64,000 nt of DNA from Pelomyxa schiedti (lineage: Eukaryota > Protista > Evosea), in contig JAHLWZ010000848.1 in NCBI GenBank assembly GCA_020536535.1, positions 11,994 to 75,993 of the forward strand, read 5' to 3'. The translations under genes and the position numbers were made by a program. Numbering within the stretch: position 1 is the stretch's first letter; each line of letters opens with the position of its first letter. The notes beneath the pieces are model-generated. The model saw nothing but the letters and a program-made list of their open reading frames with translations, ran no database searches and was not told where the DNA came from. Positions 47,517 through 60,729 of the stretch are shown here, one piece after another.

Positions 47517-48584
47517 ATGTCCGAATCTGACGAGGATAGTAGCAGCAGTGGTAGCGGTAGCGGCAGTGACAGCGGTAGCGAGGAAGAAACCGCCCCAAAG
47601 AGTACGACTACAACATCAAAGACCACAACGGTGTCAAAAGACACCACCCCCGACACAAAACCAAAAACGCGCGCGAAGACCAAGGCAAAGGTCGAGAGTG
47701 CGAGTGAAAGCGAGGACAGCGACAGTGAGAGCGAAAGCGAAAGTGAGAGTGAGAGTGCTAGCGAAGAGAAACCCAAGAGGAAAAGGACGAGGAGGACAAA
47801 GAAGAAAAAGGTATGGCTCATTTTTCCTCTAGTTGCTGGTTTAAAATGTATTCTTACTGGTTTTTCTCCCTGCTTTTCAGGATCCTGATGCTCCCAAGAG
47901 AGCCCAGTCCGGCTACATTTTCTTCACCAAGAAGCATTTGAAAGCCTGCAGAGCAGAAATGTTGGCGAAGAACCCCAAGACCACTCAGCCTGAAGTTATG
48001 TCCGAACTAGGCAAACGGTGGCACGCAATGACTAAAGAAGATAAGGAGGCATGCTACCAGTTTCTTTTCTCAATGTATATTTACTAGTTATTTAGCCTTT
48101 TGAAGCAGAAGCCAAAAAAGACAAAGTCCGTTTCGCCCAAGAAATGAAGAACTACAAACCAAAGAAGAGCGCCAAGGACGATTCCTCTGATTCTGATGTG
48201 AAAACAGCCAGGAAGCGCACCAGAAGAACGAAAGAGGAGGGGGAACCTGTATCTAAGAAGTCCGGGTATATGTTCTTCTCAAAGGAAATCCAGGAATCGG
48301 TAACTTCACTTCCTGCTTGATTGTCACTCATTACTCATTACAGGTCAGAAATGAACTCAAGACTAGACCGGGATTCAAGACCCAGGATGTAATGAAGGAA
48401 GTTGGTGCAAGATGGAAATTACTCAACACAGCACAGAAAAAGGTAAGAAGTAGGGCTTTTACCTGTCTTACGTTTTGCCCAGAAATACATGGACCTTGCT
48501 GAGGTTGACAAAGCGCGTTACGAAAAAGAAATGGCTGCCTGGAAAAAGACCAAGGGTTCCAAGGGAGGAAAAGACAGTGATTAA
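47517..48584 (+). CDS. Tandem HMG-box protein with acidic/Ser-rich N-terminus
   Basis: DPDAPKRAQSGYIFF…ELGKRW…PFEAEAKKDKVRF and SGYMFF…EVGARW…KYMDLAEVDKARYEKEM; a GC-AG intron at 48049-48095 is required. Confidence 0.92.
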
Positions 48585-48769
48585 TTGGGGGCAATTGGTT
48601 CACCAATTCCAACCGCATACAATGTCTGAAGTAAAGTAAATCACCTTTACAGGAGATTTACCCAAAAGAACACAAAACTCCAAAACAAAAAACCTGTTTT
48701 GAATTGTTCTTGTTTCTATTTGCAAGCCTGTCGTTTTGTTTACACAAGGATTTTTTTTTTTTATGGATA

Positions 48770-49531
48770 TCAGTGGTGGATGATTTTTTTGACAGCTTTG
48801 TTGTGACTCCGTTGGAGTTTCCTGGGTTTTTTGGCCAGCTTGTTCTTTCCATTGAGACTGACTTTGGGTTTGCGTTTGTTTGGGATTGACTTGGGTCTTG
48901 GTGTGTGGAATTTGTTTTTGTTGCCGTGTGGAAGTGTCTGCTGTTTTGTTGCCGGTGACAACCCAGTGGGGCTCACACCTAATCCAAGAGGTTGTAGGGG
49001 GAGAGACAGCGGCTTGGATGGGCTAGGTAGTGATTGCTTCTTTTTGTTGCTGCTGGGTTTCAGGGCATTCCCTCTTTTGGAGGAAGCAGAGTCTTCTACA
49101 GGGCAAAGAGTTTGGCGTAGTATCAGCTTGTTTATCTCGGTGTTGTTGTCGGCAACCGGGGTGCGGGCTTGCATGAGAGCGGTGATTCGTTCTTATCAAA
49201 GGGTCACAAAAAGGAAAGGGAAAAAAAACTCGACGGCACTCAAAGAGGATGGTGTACTCGTACTCCGAGCACTCGGAGTAGTAGAGCGATATTCGTGAGC
49301 GAAGGTTTTTTGTTTTGGGTTATTACACGGAAGACACCGAACTACAGTAGGAGAGAGGGGAAAACCTAACGAAAGAAAACAACACAATTACGACAACCCG
49401 TGGGAAAAGAAAAAAAAAACGGGGGGGGGAAAAAAAAAACGACACAAACCGAGTGTGTTGAGGCGACGTTCTCTTTGTACAATAGGCATGTCGCGACGTG
49501 CTAGTTGTTTCTTTACAAGGTCTACCGACAT
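48770..49531 (-). CDS. Small Lys-rich hypothetical protein
   Basis: MSVDLVKKQLARR first exon and a basic last exon (48770-49190); internal splicing uncertain. Confidence 0.5.
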
Positions 49532-50406
49532 CTTCGCTGGTTGTGTTTTCTTGCTTTGTTTGTTTTTCTTCGTGCGTTTCTTCTCGAATTTTTCTTGCCC
49601 ACGAAGTGTCACTGTTTGGCATCAGAACCCGGAATGATTCCAGGGAACCAATGCCAATCCTAAGAGGAACTCAGGAACAGCGAGATCAGAGACGGCTGGC
49701 AGAGCAGGAGTGCTCAGCTGTGAACGCTGTTGCTTTTGAAAAAAATCAATTCCTGAAATAAACAGGGGTTTTCAAAGGATCAGAAAATAGGCCAATAATG
49801 GTCCAGTGCCAAAGAGCAAAAGCCAGGAAAAAAGAAGGCAGAACAAATAAAAAAAAAAATAAATTCTCGACATCAAACCGAAAAGCAACACCGCCACACC
49901 CAACGCCGACGACGTTTTTATTGTTGCGTTAGTCTCCTATTGTCGTATATAACGTGCGCAACATACTGTGGGGTTATTATGGGAGCCAACAGCTTTTTTT
50001 TTTTGTTTTTCTTTTTTTTTTTTTAGTTGTGACTCAGAGGACAGACAGAGAACCATATAGAGTGTTATTAGTTGACTTAGTGACATAAGAAAAATCCAAT
50101 ACCCACAAACAAACCATCGAAAACGAGTACCACTCGCTTCCCCTCAACCTCGTCTGATCGTCTCGGCACGAGTAGGGCTGATGACTTTCTCGCTTCAATA
50201 AGGCAAGTATATCTCATTTCATTACTTTTATCTTCCTTTCTGGCAAGCTATCTTCTCTTTTCCTCCCTACCCCTTGGCTTCCCACAGTGAACAACCTAAT
50301 AAATCCTCTAGAGCAAGACGAACACCGGCCGAAACCGAAGTGTTTTCGATATGGATTGCGTATCAATCTGCAGAAGTAGAATTGACTAATCTACCTATGA
50401 ACTGCA

Positions 50407-53400
50407 ATGTTAGCTATGTTAGACAAAAGTAAAGTCTTCTATTCGATTTTGACGAGCGGGATCTCCTATTTAGTCTTCCGTAACAATACTGTACAGAATT
50501 TTCGAAGACAGATTATTTCCCTTTGCAGAGGGAGTATGTCAGACAGATCTTGGTACTTTCTAGTTTTTTCCCTACCTGTTGTTCATTGTACCTCACTCAG
50601 TCCTGGGGCACATGAAAAATGGAATACTGGAAAAACTCACCCCTCGGCAGACTTTTACTGAATTGCTTCCAGGTCTTCACACGTTAATTGTAACTATTGA
50701 AGAAGGTAATTTCACTTTCGTGTGCTCGAAGTCGGCAAGGTTTTGATTTTATGTAGCAAAGGTTTCGAGGCCAAGAGATCTTCCGGGTCGTGCTTTCAAA
50801 TTACTTGAGGGATCAGAGCGAGTGGTCAAGTGGGAATACGACCCAACAGCTCCCCCAGAGCAACAATGGAAACAAGGGGCCCTCATTGTAACTATTGAGG
50901 CCAAACCGTTTGCACAAGGTGTGTTTCTTTTCCCTTCATTCTTTCTAAGTCTGGCACTCAGGGAGTATGAGATGTGCCTTCGTTATGAGAGACCTAGCCA
51001 CGTATCTTTTACTGCACAATTTACGAATTTAACATTGCTGGTTTTAGCCCTTCAAAGAAGTTTGTTGCCAAAAAATACCGCGAGACAGTGTCACGTGAGA
51101 ACTACTTTGTGGATGCTAAGATGCAAACTATATCCCGGAATCTAGCTGAGAAATATAATGAAAGAAAACCTCCTAAGAAGGTATCTCTTTTTTTTTTCTA
51201 TGAAGTTTTCTACCAAGGAAAAAAGGTGGACTTCTTGCACTGTTACGTTATTGAACTGGTTGATCAACCAGGTGAAGTGCTTTATGGTGTAGAGCCATTT
51301 GTGTCCGGAGCATTCAAGAAATACAATAACAACAATGGTTTTATTGCAGAAGAACGGAACACACCGCAGGTTACTTGGTGCCCTGTCCTCTGACGGTTTA
51401 CTCATTTCTGTAGGCTTTCAGTCACTTTACTTATGAAGAATCGGGACGTAAATATATGGTTGTAGATATTCAAGGTTTCATATGCTTGTACGCAATATTA
51501 GCATTTAACATGTACTAGGAGTGGATGATATGTACACTGATCCACAAATCCACACAGTTGGTGATGATCTGGGCTCTCTTGGTCGAGGAAATTGTGGACA
51601 AAGTGGTATAGACAAATTTCTGCATTCACACCAATGCAATGCCATTTGTCAGGTATTTCGGCAATCATGTTCCGCAATTTACAACTTTGCAGTACCTTCA
51701 ATTGAGTTCTATTAATCCGAAAAAACCTGGCCAAGGTGGAACTGTTCCTCGACCACAAGAGCTACTTAAAGACTTGTGGGACAACTTCCCTAAGGGGGCA
51801 GAAGAAGTGCCAACAGGTAAGATTTCCCTTTTCCCTCTTCTTCTAAGACTATTATTATAGAAGAAGTGCCAGTTTCTGATCCCTCCACACTCCCACCCAA
51901 CCCACCTCCCAATCCCAATCCCACACCTGCCCCCGTACCCATTCCTAATCCTGCCCCTGTACTCACACCAAATTCACCACAGCCACCCAACCCAATCAAC
52001 CCTACTCCCACTCCAGCTGTTGTCACCCAACCGCTAAGCCCCTCACCAACACCTGCTCCAGTAAACCCGGTGATGTCACCCCCAGCCCAGTCACCTGTGT
52101 CACAACCCCCTGTTATTCCACCCCCGCTTTGCCTCTCTCCGCCACCAGAGAGAGCTCCGACCGGAGTTGTACCAACATCCCCGGCCCTCGTCCCAGCACC
52201 TACGTCTGCAACACCCACACAAACTGGTACTTCGACAACGTTAACCACATCCACATCCACATCTACAGCTACCTCTACATCGACGTCAACGTCTACATCG
52301 ACATCTTCGGCTCACCCATTACCAGTAGTAACACCTGCACCAATACCAACACCCACACCCACACCACATTCCTTTCCAATGGCAGCAAGACATGCCCGCT
52401 GTGTCTCTGAAACAGGGAGTGGACTTTTCTACCGAGCAAGAGCTGCGGCTGCGGCAACATCTGCTTCTGTGTGGATAGTTATCCTCAATGTCCCTTATTA
52501 ACAACCAAAAAAGGCTACCCCTGGTGCCCAACCTTCATCACACCCGTGGATTGTGCAAAACCTTCGATGTCAAGCAAACTTGTCAGGGAATAGAGACTCT
52601 GTTAGCACCCTTTGTGTAACACAAGGAAAAATATTTTGCGGTACTAGTACTGGGATTGTCAGAGTATGTTTACAGTCGCCTGCCTCTTTATACTAATAAT
52701 GAAGGTGTGGGATTTCGAGACGCAACAACCTCTAAGAGACGGGAAGATGAAACCCCAACATGCCAAAAGGGTTGAGGGACTCTGCTGCAATGAGAATCAG
52801 TTGATCAGTGGGTCATCTGATCAACAAATAAAGGTAATATACATTTGTGGGGAGTGTGACAGTGACCGCTGTTAAGGTATGGGATTTGAGAACCCTACAA
52901 CCAGAGTTTTATTTGGAAGAGCACACAAGACCGGTTTTTGCTGTTGACTGCCGTGACAACATTCTTTTTTCTGGGTCCGGAGATAAAATGATAAAAGTAA
53001 CGGCTTACTAAATTACTATTTCTCTAATATAACTCTTTCCTACAAACAAGATGTGGGATCTTCGCACACGCTCATGTCTGCAAACTGTGGAATGTCACAG
53101 CAGAGCTGTACGAGCACTTTGTTGTTCCAATACATTTGTTTTTTCTGGATCAAATGACAATTCAATCAAGGTAAATATTGTGTTGGCTTATTACTAGTCT
53201 TTAAAAAAAGGAGTAGGTGTGGAATACAACATCCAAGTTTGATTGTGCCTATACTTTCACTGGCCACATAAAATGGGTTAAAAAGCTCGTTATGGCTGGG
53301 CAGTTCCTCTACAGTGCCTCCTATGACCAAACTATACGGGTGTGGAACCTCCGAGAACTCTCTTGCACAGCAGTCATGCAAGGACACGAGGACTTTATTG

Positions 53401-53685
53401 ACGATATCTGTATTGGAAATGGTTACCTATTTTCCGGCTCCAATGATAACACAATTCGCGTATTTACCTTCCCTTCCAATCCGTTGTTAACCCTTTTTGC
53501 AGGTATGGGACATGACGTCCAATAAATCAATACATAAATTCCGTGCACATGATGGAGGGGTATCAGCCCTCGCATTTTACAACGGAGTACTAGTCAGTGG
53601 ATCGTACGATTACTCCATTAAGGTTGCGTTTTCGTCTCCCATCATTTTTTGTTCTGAACCCTTGAAGATATGGAAAACGGACTGA
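50407..53685 (+). CDS. Alpha-kinase + Pro-rich linker + WD40 repeats (myosin heavy chain kinase-like)
   Basis: PFAQ|GSMRCAF, FVAK, VEPFVSGAFKKYNNNNG, TPQ|AFSHFTYE, VVDIQ|GV…TDPQIH, GN.G…HQCNAIC; about 7 WD40 repeats. Further 5' exons may extend to ~49800. Confidence 0.92.
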
Positions 53686-53891
53686 GGAAACACTGTAACC
53701 CAAAGACTACCTCTTGTTGTTGATTCCAGTGGAAACACCACTTTCCGTTTCCATCGCCGTCTGACGTCTATAATTTTAACTACCCAGTCAAAATACAATG
53801 GAGAAAAAAGTTTTTTAGTGTTGAAAATCATACAAATAGTGTTACGACAAAATGGATGCCAGTGTCACCCAAGAAAAAAAGGGTGATCGAT

Positions 53892-56800
53892 TTACTCAGA
53901 GTGCTCTGAATCCCAAGAGGAGGACTCGGATTCATAGTCCTCAGGGGAGGATGTGTCATAGTCACTCTCGTCATTATCACTGTCATGCTTGTATGGTTGG
54001 GAAGAAGTCTGCTGTTGTGTGTGTTTCCTGATGCTGGATGGATGTGGGATTTTGGCCGCGGGAGAAGATACAACCGCGGCTGAGGTTGTTGTTGTTGTTG
54101 TGCTGGTAGTAGCGGCGGTGGTGGTTTTGTCCGCTTCATTCTCGTCACCGCTGCTGCCCTCGTCCTCATTTGGCTTGCTGGGCACCGCGGTAGGTGGCTT
54201 GTGACGGTTGAAAGTCAGTAGTGATTTGACTGCGTGGGCTCTGGCTGCTTTGAACTTCTTGATTTTGTGTCTTGCAAGGTTGGTCATTAGCTGCCGGCGG
54301 TGCAGGACCAGATAGCTGTAGGTACGGGTTAGAAATAGTCACTTGATGGATGGTGCATACACAGCCCCTGCGTTCAGTGCGATGGTTGTGACCTGCGGGT
54401 GTGTGAAGAACTTGGTTACACAGTAATTACACACAATAAATAACCCGTAGGAGCAGGTGTGTACAATAAGGCATATAAGGGTAATGACAGAGACCACTTG
54501 CACAAGCAACTTCCGTGTTCGCTGCTCACGGGTTGGAAAAGCTAGTAAAAGTTTGTGAAATGGCTGTCAACAAAGATTAATTATATTTGAAGCAGAAAAG
54601 GTACGAGAAGTGAAAGCCTCAACGGTGGGTCTAATGAATGCTTTGTACTGGGCGTTATGTGTTATTGTAGAAAACATTTTCTTTGAGCTATGCTTTGTGA
54701 CCTCCGTGACAGCCTGGTGTTTTCTATCTATATCTAGCTCGTAAAATTGTGAATGTGTCTGAGAGATACCAATAGTTGCTACTGGCCTTTCGTCAAAGAG
54801 AATAGATCTCTTTTTCTCTTTTGTTTTTACTTGTTGCATCTGTGCTTCCTTTTTTGCTTCTTTTTCCTTCTCCTCCTTCTCCCTGTCTTCTTTCTCTCTT
54901 TCCTCTTTCTCACGTTGTACTCGTTCTTTTTCTTCACGCTCCCGTTCTCTTTCTTTTTCCTTCTTTTCTTTTTCTTTAGTAGCACGTTCTCTTTCCTTCT
55001 CCCTCTCACGTTCTCTTTCTTTCTCTTTTTCTTTTTCTTTCTCTTTCTCTCTTTCTCTGCGTTCCCTGCGCTCTTCTGAATGACCGGGCATCATATCGTG
55101 TATTTTTTCTGCCAGCTTCTCTCTTCGCGATTGCTAGATTGGGTTAGATTATTCTCAGTAATTTATTTCATTTGTTCCCCTTATTTACAATGTAATGGCG
55201 AGTGTACTTCAGGTATTCACTAGTGCTTACTTTAGGCATTTTTAACGCAAATTCATTTGGAAAATCTAGAGGAGGATAAGGTCTTACTGGCGTTACACAT
55301 GCAGTCTGTATTGTAGAGGAGATCAAAACTTTTGTTGGATTGGTGGTAGGTGTAGAAGGTGTCGCAGTAGGGATAGGAATTGGAGGTGTGCTCTGCAAGT
55401 TCAGCCCATTAGAGGGACTCGAGCTTAGTGTTGGTGTGGGTGATGTGAAGGGAATTGGTGGGGTCAGAGGCGGTGGACCAATGGAGGCGTGCAATATGGA
55501 GGGTGTATTTGACTTGTCCAAATCAAGGAGAACTGGAGTCTTAGAGATTGGAGGAGGTGGGATGACGGTCTCACTAGGAACAGATTCGGGAGTAGAAAAA
55601 ATAGTAGAGCCTTGCAAGACGGGAGTCGACACAGGTGGGGGTAAGGTTAGAGGAGCAGGGTTAGTAGCTTGAGTTGCAGGAGGGATTGGTGTAGTTGCAG
55701 GAGTAGGGAGTTGCATCTGTGCTGCTGACAATTGGGTAGACGTTTGGTTGGGGGCGGAAGTCACAGGGGAAGATGCTTGGTGAGGTGAAAGTGTGAGGGT
55801 AGGCATGGAGGTTGGGGATGATGTTTGTGGAAAATTACTGGGGTTAGGAACAGCATGTGGTTGTGTTGAAGCAGGTATGAGTGTGGGAGTGGAAGTTGGT
55901 GTTTGGGTTGGGGTTAAAGGTGGAGATTGGTCAGTTATTGGTGGGGGAATGTTTTCGGTGCTCCCATAAGCAAAAGTAGGGGCCAATGTAGGTGAAATAG
56001 CTGCAGTAGATGTGGTGACAGTGCTTGGTTGCAGGACAGGAGACGTAGACTTTGCTGAAGTTAGAGGTTTTTCAGTTTCTGCATCAGTTGAGTCTGAGTC
56101 ACTCCCTTCTGGGAGATCAGGTTCATTCACAGGAATACTGCCAATTACTGGAGTATTTACAGTGGTGCTGAGGGATTCCTTTGCCTGTATTTTTTTTTTT
56201 GTTTGGGTAGTTAATTATCAAATTTCCACTATTTTGATGAATGAATGCTGCAGATACATCGGTGTCCGAATGTCGGAGTGATTTGGGAATTCTGATGTGT
56301 GATTTCTGTTTTCCTTTTTCTGCGCGTGCAAGTGCAATAATATGGTCCTCAAGCTTTGACCATGTTTTCTTAGAATTACTCATGTCAAATTCCCTGGTGT
56401 GGTTAGAACACACAAATAGGTCGGCTCTACTACTTGGGAACCTGTCTCAGGAGGTAATCCCACTCAGAGCTCTTTAGCTCATCTAGATTATTAGACACAG
56501 CTACGACTTTGTTTTGTTGCGTATTTACAATGATATATCTGCCAAAAAAAAAAAAGGGTCAAAACAGCATATGCACGACGGCTTCCCACAACGACACACT
56601 TGCTTCTGCCCATTGGGCCGTGATAAGAATATATAACCCAGATAGAATCCGGAGAGCACTCTCTACTATCCCGTTTGGCGGATAATAAAAAGAAGGCAAG
56701 TAGAGCAATTCCAATTGTGCAAAGCAAAATTAGGGGAGGACGAGGAGTCACAGCAAGTTGTGAGGCCCAAGGCAAAAAGTCAATGAATGACAGAAGAAGG

Positions 56801-56921
56801 AAAAAACATAGAGAAAGGTTGATTTACGTCACAGAAAAAGAGTGAGGGGGCAGACGCACACGGCATAGCTCTCTTCTCGCCCGAAGCTCAAAAAGTTGAA
56901 TGACTTGGGCTTGATCCACAT
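53892..56921 (-). CDS. Membrane protein with TBC1D8/9-like N-terminal segment, Pro/Thr tract, E/K/R tract and C-terminal hydrophobic hairpin
   Basis: MWIKPKSF first exon; KYIIVNT…VVAVS…WSKLEDHII; Pro/Thr-rich exon 55168-56180; (ER/EK)n at 54840-55080; LLVQVVSVITLICLIV near the C-terminus. Confidence 0.6.
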
Positions 56922-57150
56922 TCCGCTTTTTTTGTTTTTTCGTGTTCATTCAACAACCAGGTTGAAGGATTCGGAGTCTGAGGGCCAGCCGCTTGATCCA
57001 GGTTTTACATTAGGGGATGTTTGCGCCACGTGAGTAATGTGCAATGGTTCTGCGGAGCAGGAACATCAACGGAGGGCAATCCAACCGAAGAATCTTGATG
57101 TTTCCAGGAATATATCACTGATAACAAAAAAGACGAAAAGAAACAAAAAA

Positions 57151-58478
57151 ATGCAGACCTATCAACGGGCACCTCTGCCGGGTGTGTTGCACGAGAAGCT
57201 GTCGCAGTTCCGCACGTGCGAACATCAATGCAACAAATTGGTTTTTTTATTCACTGTTTTTAGAAAACGCAACTTTAACGTTGCCGAATGGATTGACAAA
57301 AAGGCGGAGATGCTCAATGATTACATGCGGTTTCTTTTATTCTCGTTAACTATGTGTGTGACCCAGATCCAGTAAAAGTCGACTTCAAGCGTGCGTGGTG
57401 AACATGAGTGGGGGAATAGATTCCTCTGTTACCCTTGCATTGGCCAAGGTGGCATCGCAAAAATCTGATACCCCAATCAAGCGCCTTCTCGGTGTTGCTC
57501 AGCCGATACACAGCACAAGCACAATCCAAAACAGGGCGTATGAATGCTGCACTGGGTTGGGAGTAGAATGCGTCACTGTTGACCAGACTGCCGTACATGA
57601 CCAACTCTGCCTTCAGATTGATACTGCAGTTTGTTTCTTTTCTAGTCTCGCTTTTCCTGACTCTGTATCAGATGGGAATGGGATTCAATAAATTTGCTCG
57701 TGGCCAAATGAGGTCCTACCAAAGAACCCCAGTTGTGTACTACATTGCTCAGCTTTTAAGCTGCAACGGAATGCCATGCATTGTGATTGGCACCGGGAAC
57801 TTCGGTACTTTGCAGCAAGAAGCCTTTTGGAATTTTGGAAAAGTGACTTTTTTCCCAGATGAAGACGGTTATTTGCGATACTTCTGCAAAGCAGGCGATG
57901 GCATTGCTGATATTCAAGTACCTATACAACCCTTAACATTTCTCACTCACATCGTTCTAGCTTATCGCCGATCTACATAAGAATGAGGTATGACCAAAGG
58001 AGAACTTTCCTTTGCTCATTCTTATAGGTATTTGCTGTAGCAAATCATCTCCATGTCCCGAATAGCATCTTGGTTGCCCCCCCTTCTGCAGGTTTGTAAC
58101 CCTGAATAAAGAGTGTGCTGACAGCTTTACAGATCTGTGGGAAGGCCAAACAGATGAGGGTGAGCTGGGCTTCACCTACGATTTTGTTGAACTCTTTACT
58201 GAGTTCTTAATGCTTCCCGAAGAGTGCGAATGATTTCTAATTTCATTCAACTGACTTGAGTTCAGAGAACAGAGGGCATTTGAAGCGTCGCTTCCTCCCC
58301 CAGAGCTTGAGTACTGGACCAGGAATTCCAACAAGGCCAGGCACGAACACGCCAAGAATGCCCACAAGGCTGAGTACCCAATCAACCTCAACCTAATGAA
58401 GTATGTGGTCCCGTTGTCTTTTTGCAACCTTAGTACTCATTTACCCAAAGGACCTTCGAGGACCTGGCTCGCCACTGA
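57151..58478 (+). CDS. nadE: Ammonia-dependent NAD+ synthetase (single domain, NadE-type)
   Basis: VNMSGGIDSSV PP-loop; GTGNF|DEDGYLRYFCKAGDG; IADLHKNE|VF; PPSA|DLWEGQTDEGELGFTYD; AHK. Last exon approximate. Confidence 0.93.
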
Positions 58479-58736
58479 AAACCAAACACAAAACCTTTTC
58501 TACCTACTTTTTAAAAGTATTGGTCAAGAAACAAGAGGTTCCTTCACCTTTGAAAAACAAGCTTTCGGTTATTAACCCCAGCGATCAATTGATTGAAATT
58601 TAGGCCGTTATTGCGTAACTTCGCGAGGGCCCCAAAATGGGGGGTAGATCTGGGTTAAAACTCGGCTTTTAAAACGATACGAACACGGAGGAGAAAAATC
58701 AAGAGGCAGATCGCCCATACAAAGAAAAGGAAAACC

Positions 58737-59702
58737 ATGCAGAAGGAGGCCGAGAAGTTGTTGGTGGTTCCAGCAGATGGCGCTATGACGTACGAGACTG
58801 CAGACAATGTGCGTAACACTAGTTAGTTGCCTGCGTGGTGAAACCACCCATAAGTCTAACACGGTTCCTGCAGTTTGAGAACGTTACTCTGTGCAGCGGC
58901 GTAACATGCTGTATACTATCGTATGCCTTTTTTTTTACCACCCTATTGACTTTTTTGGTTCCTTACTTTGTGGGAAGAATGGGAATATTCCCTGGGATGC
59001 TTTTCCGCTATAAGGACATTGCTACACAGACCAAAGTGACTTTAACTCCAGAGTCTGTTGAATATCACACTGTAAGTTGTATAACGCTTTTTTCCCCTCA
59101 ATTCACCAACGAATTCTCGACAAGGTTTTCCCTGATTGCTGCTGTCACTTGGCCACTAAGCACACAACAATTCCACTGGAAAATATTACGGATGTTAGTA
59201 TGAACCAGAACTGCTGTTTGAGCTGCTGCCACCTTAAATCTGTCGAAATCCAGACAGCCGGAAGTCCAATTGCAGAGGCAGTTATCACACATCTCAAGTA
59301 CCCTGAGAACTTCCGGGATGATGTTGTGAATGCTCGCAGAGCAATAAGGTTTGCATTTAGATTCTCGACTTTATCTCGGTTAGTTGGTAGCTAAATCATT
59401 TCCTTTTTTTTTCCTCTCCCAATTGAAAAGGACACGTGGAGCTCCTACTGCTCTTGCTATGAATTCCGGTACATCAACCCCTAGTGGGTTCACTAGACCA
59501 GAAAAAGTAGACCCAATTGCCAAATTGAAGGAATTGAAGGAACTCTTCGACATGGTGTGTACATTTCTGACAATTCAGATACCGAAGTAAACTTACTGAA
59601 TTTCAGGGTGTCCTCACAGAGCAGGAATGGCAGACTGCTAAGCAGAAGATAATGAACTCCCCAGACTTTGGTGCTTCTAAGGCGCGTCTCCTTTCATCAT
59701 AA
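58737..59702 (+). CDS. Membrane-associated bacterial-type PH (bPH_2/YdbS-like) + SHOCT protein
   Basis: Hydrophobic N-terminal segment; TIPLENITDVSMNQ…VEIQTAGS…HLKYPENFRDDV; DPIAKLKELKELFDM|GVLTEQEWQTAKQKIM (SHOCT). Confidence 0.8.
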
Positions 59703-59818
59703 GGCCAGTTGTTGTAAACACATAAGTTTAAATTTGACTTTTTTTTTTTCCCCTGCAACAAGGGCTTCAAGGTGTTTTTCTTTTCATTCATTGTTGTCTC
59801 CAAAATGAGTTGGTTATG

Positions 59819-60650
59819 TCACAGTCTGTTTAAAACCCAGAGACCATCATTGAGGAAGTGGACATTGTCAACCCCCACACCTTTGTTTACTGTCCGTCTG
59901 GTTTTAGTTAGCAGAAAGTTTGTTCTAAAAGAAAAACGTACATCTCTGCAGAACTCAGTTTAGTAAGACCTATGCCAAGTGCGTGTTCCTTTCCCTCTGC
60001 CATGATCGCCTGCAGGGTGTGAGTGACATGGGGAAAAAAAGAAACCTCCTCTGGGCCTACCACAAAGGTGTCAGTAGGAACTTCTTCCATGCGCCCTCCT
60101 GGAGAAGTCAAACCGGGGCACATAATTTGAGCTCCAGACATGACTGCTCAAAATGAGAATGTACCAATAAACGGAGATACACACCAAATTTTATTGCTCC
60201 TTTATCGACCTGAAATTTGGGCAGGACGAAGGGGTCTAAAGTATGTTAGAAATCCGTTTTCCCTTTCCATTGAACCAACATTTGTGCAAAAGGCGTAGTG
60301 TAGGAACCCAGGAGCCTTCCCTGATGCTGAAAAAGAGTACATCCCCATTGACTGCGATAAGTTGAATGTGATTGTGGCTGTGGAAAGCACTTGGTGAATA
60401 AAAAACAGAAAGCAGCAAATACGAGTCCACAACAACCATTTTACGAGAGCCACGGCCTGCTTTTTTGGCCAAATGTCATTCAAATAGGGCTCGATAGCAG
60501 GACACGCAGCCACTATTGCCGATCGTATCCCCCTTTGTACGGAGGTCTTGGGCTGGTGTGTGCCGCTGATCTCCTCCTTATCGAATCTATTTAAACAACA
60601 CATCAGATCTCCCTCGCGTTCTCAAGCCCCCCGACACACTTCTTCAGCAT
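59819..60650 (-). CDS. MCTS1: MCT-1/Tma20 PUA-domain translation reinitiation factor
   Basis: MLKK|FDKEE…KTSVQRGIR; PTLRLLHK|YP; VDKGAIKF|[16 protein letters not shown]; HFLNDGLW. Confidence 0.95.
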
Positions 60651-60729
60651 TGGGTACGGCTTTCAGCACCGAAAAAATGCACGTGCAATCAACAAAACGA
60701 GGGAAAATAAAAATTGAATGTTGGGAGTC

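Noticed and set aside
48770-49531. Possible AROS/RPS19BP1 homolog
   Set aside because: Only faint resemblance (MSVDLVKKQL, ILRQ), and the conserved acidic C-terminal motif is not seen.
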